This document shows positions 53,950-64,000 of a DNA stretch of 64,000 bases, piece by piece. Both the position numbers and the translations under genes were made by a program. Below the pieces are notes generated by a model. It was given only the letters and a program-made list of their open reading frames with translations. It was not told where the DNA came from and searched no databases. Position 1 is the first letter of the stretch, and each line of letters starts with the position of its first letter. Source of the stretch: Octopus vulgaris (Eukaryota); the NCBI GenBank assembly GCA_951406725.2, contig OX597833.1:38254001-38318000 (forward strand), given 5' to 3'.

Positions 53950-54270
53950 TTTCTCCTATACTTGTTTCTGTCTTTGGACTATGGTCATGCTGGTGCACCG
54001 CATCGAAAGGTTTAGTCGAACAAATCGATCCTGGTACTTATTCTATTGGTGTCTTTCCGAACCGCGATGTTACGAGGGCACAAACAAACCAACACCGATT
54101 GTTAAGCACACTTGGACACACACACACACACACGATGGACTTCTTTCAGTTTCTGTGTAACATATCCACTCAGGCTTGCGGCTATAGCTGATGACAAATA
54201 GCCTAAGGTGGGACTGAACTCGGGACCATGTAGCTGGGATGCAGAGATCTTACCACACAACCACGCCTGT
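53950..54270 (-). mobile_element. Old SINE family A
   Basis: Fragmentary reverse-complement homology to the 5321 element. Confidence 0.6.
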
Positions 54271-54279
54271 CCCTGCGTC

Positions 54280-55110
54280 TTTTTTCTCTCATCTTTTATT
54301 TGCCTTTTCTCCCTTTATCCTCCTTCTCTCCCGTCCCTCTCAGTCCCGTTTTCTGTTTCTGTTCTGCCCTCTTACTCTATGAATTACTTCACTATGTTCC
54401 CCCCCCACCTTTCCTGTCTTGCTCCCTCCTCTTTCTCCCCCTCTCCTCTGTTTTTTCAGTACTGTCACCTCCTCCTTCCTCTGATCCATCCTCTAATTTT
54501 CCTTTAAAACTCTTTTCTCCACTCCCCCACCTCTCTTCTGTCTGTTCATATTTTCTCCCCTACCTCTTTTTTTGTTTTCTCATTTCTCCTTCTCCGCCTC
54601 CATTCATTCCACTCTTTTCCCTTACTCCTCCCATCTCTCCAATGTCTTCTCACAGTCGGTACCTTCACTCTCTCTCTCTCCCTCCCTCCGATGTCTTTTC
54701 ACCTTCACTCCCTCCCTCCGTTTCTCCTATGTCTCCTCACAGTTGCCACCTTCACGCCTCCCCCCTCCGTCTTTCCAATTTTTCTTCACTGTTGCCACCT
54801 TCACTCACTCACTCTCTCCCTCCTATTTTATATATCAATGCTCTGTCTACGTTTGTCTTCCCCTCTCACTAACATCTTATTTTTCTCTATCCCCCCTCTC
54901 TTCCCCTTTATAACTTTCCTCCTCACTCTCTCTATTTCATTCATCCGTCTTCTTTTACCGTTCGTAGTTTTTAACTCCCCCCCACCCATCTCTCTCTTAC
55001 TGTCGTGTTATAACTTCTGTCTAATCACCTCCTTCCCCCTTCGCTTTTCTCCTACTCTCTCTCTTTCTCCCGATCTCACTCGCGCACCACCATTTCTCTT
55101 CCCCCATCTC
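54280..55110. repeat. Pyrimidine-rich (CT) low-complexity tract
   Basis: Strong C/T strand bias; source of the spurious Ser/Pro/Leu ORFs. Confidence 0.85.
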
Positions 55111-56060
55111 CGTCTGATCAATTGCGTAATCTGTAATTGTATCAAGTTGGCCGCTGTTTTCAACCTGCTACGTTCGTAGCTGCATTTTCGATGAAAAATT
55201 TTTTTCCCCTTTCACACACAACCTGTCCTTCGCATCAGTTTTAATTATTTTATTTTTTAAAATTTTATTTACACGTAAGTTAAAAAAACAACTAAACAAA
55301 CAAACGTAGAAAAGAAACTATTACACATGCCTCAACACATGTTCTTTTTACTACACCAATTATAAATTTATCACTTTTAAGTTCGATTGTAATTCCGTTC
55401 GATCTTGTTTCCTGTTTCTAACCAGTTTTAATTTGGCATTACTGTTTTGTTCGGACAACCAGTCCCCCTTTTCTTGCACACAGTAAAAAAAAATTAAGAA
55501 ACAGAACAGATATAACAAGTGTTAAAAGTTAAAACTCGGAATAACCATTTTTTTTATTTACTTGTTTTCAAGTCGATCTATTTCTTACCTCTTTCTCTCT
55601 CTTTCACACACACACAAAAAAAAAAGTGAGGGGTTCCGGAGTGTCTATTATACAACGAATATCTGCTTGACTGATTTATTTTCTATCGTTGTTATCGTTG
55701 TTGCCTCTTCGTTGATTGTTTTCTTTTCTAAAGAAGGTGGGGAAAAGTCTGGAAGAAGAAAAGGAACAAACAACTACAAGGCTACATAAAGTTAAAATAA
55801 TAACGATGATGTCACATACACACGCGCACTGTGCTGCTAGAACAATCGATACCAATATGATTTCTGTCCGCAGATTTTGCAGCTGGTGGGTTAGTGGGAA
55901 AGAAAACAAATTACTGGACAAAACGAACAAAAAAGAAAGAAAAAAAAATGTTGTTGAAAACATAAAGAAAGAAAATAACTGGACATAAATTTTTGAAAAT
56001 TTTGCGAAAAAGCCAAAGTTGAAGTCTTTTGGAGATTTTAAGTAAATCTAGTTTTGCAAT

Positions 56061-56112
56061 ATGTCCAAAGAAAATTTTAAAAAAATTCTACTATTTGGAC
56101 TTCACAGGTCAG
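56061..56112 (+). CDS. Putative first coding exon of a P-loop small GTPase (ARF/ARL- or Rag-like)
   Basis: ATG...MSKENFKKILLFGLHRS-G followed by a strong donor (CAG|GTAAGC). Hydrophobic strand plus GxxxxG resembles the G1 box. Candidate upstream acceptor TTTCTGTCCGCAG near 55873. No matching next exon identified. Confidence 0.35.
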
Positions 56113-57399
56113 GTAAGCTGTGTTGTAATTTGAAAAAAAGAAAGAAAATCTGTGTGTTTGTAGTTGTTAGGGGTTTATTAAAATAATTGTTCGTCAGCCT
56201 TAGATACTTTTAACCTCCTCGTACTGCTTCGCTCTATCTACCCCTATCGTTTAATCCAGGGGTGGGGTATCTCTCGCTCGTGGGCACTATTTTTGCCTTC
56301 ATTATAAGTTGAAATAGCCTCTTGTCAGTATCTCTGAAACCCATAAAAAAGGCGGTTTACGGGTGAAAATTAAAAACAGTAATTTAATATTTGTTACATA
56401 ACCTATGAATTTATAATATTAAATATGCGCGCCGACAAGTTCTTATGCACTTGCAGGTTCATCTCCTGACACTGAGGTACCCCCACTCCCTAACGCATCT
56501 AATTCAGTGCATCGTACTTTTTCTTTTTTCATCCTCCCACCCCGCCTTGTGTCTTTGAGTTGGGGGCGGGATAACAACCGTTTAATGAGAGGAAAAGTGG
56601 TTCATCTTTGTCGCTTAGAGTGATTCTGTGTAATGGTTCTGGCTGGCTTGGGTGTAGACACTTTTATGTTGTGAGCGAAGAAATCTTTTTCTCCCTTACC
56701 CCTCTTTCTCTTTCTAACACCTTTCTCATCTTTTTCTCCTCCTTCTCTTTGTTCTTCCTTACCCGTGTTAGTGTGGCGAAGTAAAAATAAAAACGTTACG
56801 TAAAAAGAGTGTGTGTGGAAAAAAGGAAAAGAAAACAAAAAACAACCCCACAACGCAGTACAAAATAACTTCTCAAAACAGTTACAACTATCACCATAAC
56901 TAGAGTTCTTCCGTTTTAACCACCTAGCGAGGTCAAACAATTTAATAATGGACTCGTGCTTGGATGTCATTGCTTGTTTTTCGGTAATTTCTTTGATGAC
57001 AATTTTTTAAAAAAGTAGTTTGAAATAATATTTAAATAGTTGGATTCTTCTTTTTTTTTTTTTTTGTAATGTAGGTTTGTGTATGTTATGCTACTAATAT
57101 CTGTTTAGTGTCTTTGGAAAAGACCGAATGAATGTCGCAACTTGGCTGCTTCCTTTTCGTCACAAAAACTCATCAGTGGAAAAGTCTATCGTTATGCTGT
57201 ATGTGTGTGTGTGTGTGTGTGTGAGATAGTGGTATGGACTTTTTTGTCTTCAACGCCGAGATTGCACTATAATCAAGTCTTTATTTCGGTTTAAGATGAA
57301 GCTGAATATTACACTACACGAATTTGCTGCCCACTCTGACAACCATACAAGACTGGAAGGTGGAGAATGGAAAAATTTTTGTTGCATAATGCAAAGCAA

Positions 57400-58140
57400 C
57401 ACTAACACTCATTCACACATTCGCACAATATTCAACACATAAACACACTCCCACTAATGCAATTCTCCTAACACTAACGTACTCACCCACACACTGATGC
57501 ACTCACCCACACAAGCTCATGAACGCGGGCACCCACATATTCTAACGCATTCTCCCATATTAATGTACGCGGGCACGCACCCACACTATCGCAAGCACAC
57601 TCATACTCTATCGCACTCTCCCACATATGTTAATGCACGTGGGTACTCACATACATACTCATTCCTTCACACACACATGCATTCAGCTCACCTCCTAACG
57701 CGATTACCCACTCACATTAAATTGCTCACCCACGTACTCTAATGCACTTACCCACACTCAAACGCACTTACACATTCACTCATACATGTGTAACATTCTT
57801 GCATTCACTGTCACACTTGTACTCTTTCACATACACTAATAACACACTTATATTCGCTAACATATTAACACTCAATCACTAACAGTCACTCATAGTAACA
57901 TAATGCCCTAACTCACCCATATTAGCTCATTTGCATTCATTCATTCTCTGACACTAGCATGCATTCATGCACACTCTCTCATATAGATATGCTTTCACAA
58001 ATACTCATATACTTACTCTCTCACTCTCACACACACCTGCAATTGGAAATATACTCAATGATACATTCATACATGCTAGTATATTCACACACTAACTCAT
58101 TTACACTCAGTCACACACTTCTTCCTCTATTTTACACATA
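57400..58140. repeat. Degenerate (CA/CACT)-rich low-complexity tract
   Basis: Directly visible. Confidence 0.8.
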
Positions 58141-59429
58141 TCTCTTGCATGTGTGTAGCCTCTCTATTCTACTCCAAGCCATTTTGAGTAGGACCAGAAC
58201 ATGGAGGATGGAAAGAAAAGGGAAGCCAAAATGAAAATCAGACGTTGGGATGAAACCTCTCAAAGCTCTCAACTGAAAAGTTCAGTGCATACCTTTCCAA
58301 AGTATTAAAATGATAACTGATATTGTCTTTTAGAATAATTCTATTGAAAGGAAGCTGAGATCTGGTCAAATTAATCTTTTCAATGTGGAGGTATTTCAGA
58401 TCTGAAATGTTGGTTTATTATGCAATGATATTGATTTTTGACATAAGTACAAGGCCTCAGTTTTATGATAGGACATAGTCGATCATATTGCCAAGTTTCA
58501 ATTAGTACTTATTTTTGTGCCCTTCCCGCTTGCTCCACAAAGGCAGGATCCAACATAAGGAGACATACTGTACAAATTCTGCCAATCCACTGTCTTTCAT
58601 AGTGTGATTGAATGAGGTAGCATAAACTTGCAATTGAAATCATATGGGAATTAAGATAATTCTTGTCCTAAGTGCTTCCCTGTATGATGGAGGCAATGCC
58701 AGAAGCAGATTTCTTTGCAGCAAGCATTATTTTGAGTTATGACTTGAAGAAATCTATATTTTTGAGAGAGTGTTCCCTCTATGTTGTAAAACAATATTAT
58801 GGCTGTCTCTAGAACATTATCACAATCTTTATCAACACAGATATTTACCTATATTCAGTTAAAAAAAAAAATAATTTAATGAATTTTTGAAGTGACAATA
58901 TTATGATCTTGCTGGTCTTTATCCCTCCCCATTCTATATTTTCATTTTTTTCTATGCTACCAGTTGTCTTCTCACCTCTAACTTGTATTTCTTTCCACCA
59001 TTCACTTCATCTACCACTTTACTATTCTTCCTTACCTTCCCTTATTATCATCCTTCAAAACTTGTTCTACAGTATGTTCACCTCCTTTGTTGCTCATCAT
59101 TATATTCACCTCTTTGCTCATATTCCCATCTAACCATCTTTCACTCACCCATATTCTTGCAACTTCTATTCAGCCACACTCCCTGTTCTACCTACACTTA
59201 TTTCTACATCCCTTGTATCTTGAGTGTGCACCCTTACATCTCTTCACTATATTTATCTTTTTCTATCTCCACCTTAGCCGCTCTAACACTCTATTTCGTT
59301 ATTAACCATGTAGCTCCCCTACAGCAAGAAATTTGTTTTCTTCTGGTCCCTTCTCTCAAACTTTATTCCTTCATCTCCTAGCATAAAGCCACCCCTTCCC
59401 TTCTACTGTAGTGCCACTTAATTGAAAGG

Positions 59430-59651
59430 CATCTTAGTCTTGCAAGCTGCTCGACAACTTCACTAGTGTTGGTGCCATGAAAAACTGCAGCCAGTACACT
59501 GTGAAATAGTTGGTATTAGGAAGGGTATCTAGCTATAGAAACCATATCAAAGTAGACATTGAAGCACAATGCAGTCCTCAGACCCATTGGATCCTTCAAA
59601 CTGCCCAAATCATGCCAGCATAGAACATGGACTTTAAATGATGATGATGAT
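59430..59651 (+). mobile_element. Diverged RTE 3'UTR fragment
   Basis: TTAGGAAGGGTATCTAGCTATAGAAAC...ATGCCAGCAT..(GAT)n, homologous to 1620-1790. Confidence 0.65.
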
Positions 59652-59789
59652 TTTGATTAGTTCTATAATCCATAGTTCATAAAAGGCACCACTGAAGACT
59701 TTCAAAAAGATATATGTGAAAAAATAAAACTTTGTGTATGTGTCATTTCTATGTGTAATCAATAATGTATACATGGTTATCCCCCTGAT

Positions 59790-61600
59790 CACTTTTGCAT
59801 CAGCTTTTCCTGGCTTGCATAGGTTGGGAGAATCTTTTCTAACACAATAACTTGCTATTTTTTGTGGTCTTTTATATTCTTTCTCAAGAGGTTCAGCTTT
59901 TTGAGATTAGATTTCACTGCTTGTTCCTGTGTCGTCCTTGGTCTTTTTCCGCCACAAGTTCCTTCTATTTGGATTACTCAACACTTCTTTACTCAAATGT
60001 CATCCATTATATGTATTCTACATGTCTGTGCCAGTGCATTTTCTTTCTTGCATACCATCGTATTCTTTTTATATATAGTTTTTCTTACAATTCATTTGTG
60101 TTCGTGTACACTAACATTACATCTCCAGTGGAGCATGTTTTGTATCACTTCTTTCTTGCTTTAATATATCTTTCACATTCAATGCCCATGTTTTACAACC
60201 AAGTGACACCACACTTTGTACTCTGCTTTTCCCTTAGAAAGTGAACTGACTTGTTGCCAGCAGAAACAATGGCTTTCAGAATTTTACCCCTATATTTTTG
60301 AACAATCACTTTCACTGTATGAATATTCGAAAGAATTCATTTCATGACTTCTCTTATTGCTAACATCTGCTTCCTCTGAGATCTTTCTACTCTGCTGGCC
60401 TGCCTGTGGTGTCATGTCATCTATTGTGTACTGAAATTTTGCATGTGCCATGCAGTTCAGAGTTCCTTACTTTTTTTCAAAATATTGGGGCATAGCAATC
60501 TCCTTGATGGCAGTGGAGTCCTATTCCCCTGCTTGCTAGAAATTCTGTCTTCAAAATTTATATTTAGGCTTTATGATTTGAGGGTTTACTTCCATGTTTA
60601 GAATTTCTTCTATATTTCTTTTAGCTTACATGAAATTCCAAAGACGACTGGATGTAAACGACTTTGTTCTGTAATAAATGATGGGCAACTGAGCCCTGGT
60701 GGACATCTACTTCCATACTAAATTTTATGCTAATCTTGTTACTAACTTTCCACCTGGCTGATAAGGTCTCTGTACAAGGTTTCCATGCCACTCACAAGCC
60801 ATTTGTTTCTAGATTTCTTAGTGACTGCCAGAGAAGAGAATAAAGTATCTTGTCAAAGGCTTACTAGGTTGACAAATGCCAGGAATAGTGGCTTTATTTT
60901 AGCCAAGAACTAATGTAGTTATCTCACTAGGAAGAGGGACACCCCACTTGGATACAAATCTGAACTGCACCTCATTTAACCCTTTAGCATTCAGATTATT
61001 TTGTGAAATGTAATGCTTATTTATTCACACTGTTTTGAATTAATCAAGTATTTGTCTCATAGCTTCGAGATTTCAATGATGTGATGGGCTAGATCTGTCT
61101 TTTTTTAATATAAAATTAGTTGAATATTTAGGCCAAGTTTGGCTGGTTTAAATGCTAATTCTTTTTCTTATCACTTGTGCTATAACTTTTTCAATTACTC
61201 AGTCCATTGGTTTGGTGCCTCTCTAGTTCTTTCTCAAGTATCTCCTATCTTCTAGCAGTTGATGAAGACTGTGACTGTAACACCTCTCTGTTATACTTGA
61301 CTATGTGCATAATAACATGCAACCTTCTTTGAATATTTGTAGTGTGTGAGTGTCCCTAATTCTACAGCCACTTTCTCTAGATTCCTATGTTTACGTTTCC
61401 GATCATACAGATGTTCTCTCTCTTGAGGCTACTTCAAGCAGAACTTCTCTGTCCCACACATACTCATTCAGCAACCTCTTGTAACATTTCTATGCCTCTT
61501 TTTTCTTGAATTTTAGTGAATGGAATGCATACATAACATTCCATGCATATTTTTGCCCTATGTCTTGATGAGCCTAATGCATTGTTTTGCAGTTTGGAGC
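59790..61600 (-). mobile_element. Highly degenerate RTE LINE (RT region)
   Basis: Minus-strand LAKIKPLFLAFVNL..FDKI..SLLWQSLRNL and RKKMHWHRHV parallel the RTE at 19243-21335. Confidence 0.65.
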
Positions 61601-63054
61601 ACCACATGCTTCGGTTTCTGTTATTGCAAAAGATTTGGAAGCCTCTTGCTTTCATTTTCTCTCCTAACTATGTATATCTGATATTTAGGTTTCCTTGCTT
61701 CTCTGCTTCCCCAAATCTATCCATATCTGCCAATTAGTTTTCAGAACTCTATCTTTTGTATCAATCCACTATGTTACCTTCTGTCTGGCTGGAATATTGC
61801 TCCATCTGCATTTTGTATGTGGTTTGCTGAAAGTGGTTTCCCAGAAACACTAAGTTGATGCTTATATGTCTATACTACAATAAAGAAAGCTGCTTATTTA
61901 TTAGTTGAAACTATGTAAGCCTACCATGTCTAAAAATATTCTTATAAATTCCAATTTTAATGTATATTTTTGATTAAAATAAGATTTTCTAAATTCTTTT
62001 ATTGAAGATTCAAGTACACTCCTCAATCACAAAGCTAATTTTTATTCACTGCAACAAACCTCTCTCTCTTTCTCTCTTTATATTTAATGGTTTTCATTAA
62101 ATTATTCATATTCACTGTAACAATATGTCCCCCTCTCTCTTCAATTGTTTCCATTAAAAGAAAAGCTTTTCTTTAAGATACCTTAAGAATATCTGTGGAA
62201 ATTTTTACAATATCTAATGTATTAAAATTACATAGAAGTATTATTTCATTCTGGACAGTTGTGTTAACCATAGTCCTTTGAAAATGAAACCCTTGAATTA
62301 TTGTCTTTGTTTAAACTGACTTTGTGTTCTTTTCTTTCTTTTTTGCCGCATTCCACCTTTCAGTCTTTGTCTCTTCTCTGTCTCACAAACTTCATTTGTA
62401 ACCTTTGCCTTGTCATTTCACTTAATTCTTTATTTCCCAGCACAGTTGTTACTTTCACTCTGTTCTCTCTCTCTCTTTCTTCAAAACAAGTGGTTTCAAA
62501 GATTTTCTTTGAGATACTTTGAGAACATTTCAGAAAATGTTTACACTATATCTATCATATCAAAATTGCTTTGCAGATATCATTTGATATTTGCAAAAAT
62601 AAAGAAAAGATTGTGTGTGTATATTGGGAGAAATGCAAACACGACAAATTCCTGTAAAAAACTGCCGTGAGGGCAGTTTTCTGAATATTAAGTACTTATT
62701 TTTCTTGACTATTTATTTAGTACTTATTAAAACTGCTGTCCAGCTGATAGAATTTCATTCTCCATGTCTTCCTGCTTAAGGTTGTTTTGTGTCTTATAGT
62801 CAATTTAGCTCTGATTTTGAAGTTGCTGATCACATAAATGTGTAGAGTGGTTCATTTTTCATCATGAAATATCTTAATATTAGAGACCAGTAACATATGC
62901 CATTTCAAGGTAATACAAAATATATCTGGCTTGTCTGTTCAACTTATTGGTAGGTAATCAGATGCCTGGCAAATGGTTAGGTATGTTTCTGTGTGTATTT
63001 ATGAATGGATATTGTGTACATGTATATATACATGTGTGTGTGTTTGTATGTGTG

Positions 63055-63101
<47 letters not shown>

Positions 63102-63239
63102 ACAAGTGTGTATGTATATATATGTGTGTGTGTGTGTACAAGTGTGTATGTATGTATGTATGTATATATATATGTGTGTGTGTGTGTGTACAAGTGTGTA
63201 TGTATATATATATATGTGTGTGTGTTTGTGCAGCTCCTC

Positions 63240-63575
63240 AGCTTAAGTCAAACCATCCAACCCATGCCAGCAAGGACAACAGACATTAAATGATGATGAT
63301 ATATATATATATATATATATATCCATGTCGAGGACATGTAAAAAGCACCAACTGATTGTGGCCGTTTGCCAGCCTCCTCTGGCCCCTGTGCTGGTGACAC
63401 GTAAAAAGCACCCACTACGATCATCAAGTGGTTGGCATTAGGAAGGGCATCCAGCTGTAGAAACACTTCCAGATCAGATTGGAGTCTGGTGCAGCCTCTT
63501 GGCTCCCAAGACCCCAGTCGAACCGTCCAACCCATGCTAGCATGGAAAACGGACATTAAACGATGATGATGATGA
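63240..63575 (+). mobile_element. RTE 3'UTR fragments (two 3' ends in tandem)
   Basis: CCAACCCATGC.AGCA.GGA....GACATTAAA.(GAT)n occurs twice, each followed by (TA)n. Confidence 0.75.
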
Positions 63576-64000
63576 TATATATATATATATATATATATGG
63601 CAGAATTTTTTTTGAAAATGCACCTGAATTTGAAAAGCTTGTAATTGTTTTTAAATAAATTTATTTACACATATACCAAACCAGTTACAACAAAATTTTA
63701 CTTATCAATGGTATAAACATATATAAAACAATGGGATTTTTAAAATTGCGAATTAGAAAACCAGTTTAAATGATAAATTATTCACAAAATTCAATGACAG
63801 GGGTAGATAATACCATAAATGATTGGTGAAGAATATGAAAAATGTAGATTATTAAAAGTTCGGTATTATTGAGTTTAGAGAGAGAAATAAGAAAAGAAGA
63901 GAGTAAAAAAACAGGGTTTTTTTTTTCTTACAGTTTGTGTGTGATTGTTTTTTCCGATGTCTACAGGGCTTGGAAAATTTTGTGACCAGGGGCTTGAATT

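Noticed and set aside
54208-55179. Ser/Pro/Leu-rich ORFs of 100-190 aa
   Set aside because: They arise from the CT low-complexity tract, which is depleted of stop codons.
56257-56492. hAT-like inverted ends CAGGGGTGGGGTA / TACCCCCACTCCCT
   Set aside because: Imperfect TIRs and no 8-bp target duplication; not called as a feature.

Overview
AT-rich, microsatellite-dense animal genomic DNA. The repeat families (tRNA-derived CORE-like and Nin/Deu-domain SINEs, RTE LINEs with (GAT)n tails) look like an Octopus/cephalopod genome; this is an inference. Most long ORFs in the track are artefacts of (TA)n/(CA)n repeats. The only firmly recognisable host gene is the first coding exon of POLR2H/RPB8 (11111-11183, +). 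I found no downstream POLR2H exon, so most of the window appears to be one intron of more than 50 kb. A possible nested small-GTPase first exon (56061-56112) lies inside it. The rest is layered transposon debris: a Chapaev3-like transposase split by a piggyBac-type MITE, RTE and RTE-X LINE fragments, a GIY-YIG Penelope-like element, mariner/Tc1 remnants, Helitron-like elements, many SINEs and a tRNA-Ser pseudogene. The most interesting signal is a small non-autonomous Penelope-derived unit carrying minimal hammerhead-ribozyme motifs (three copies, 27973-29630). Two copies are in tandem 268 nt apart (retrozyme-like). The third sits inside a mariner between templated copies of local DNA. I see no evidence of a prokaryotic-type system such as CRISPR or operons.
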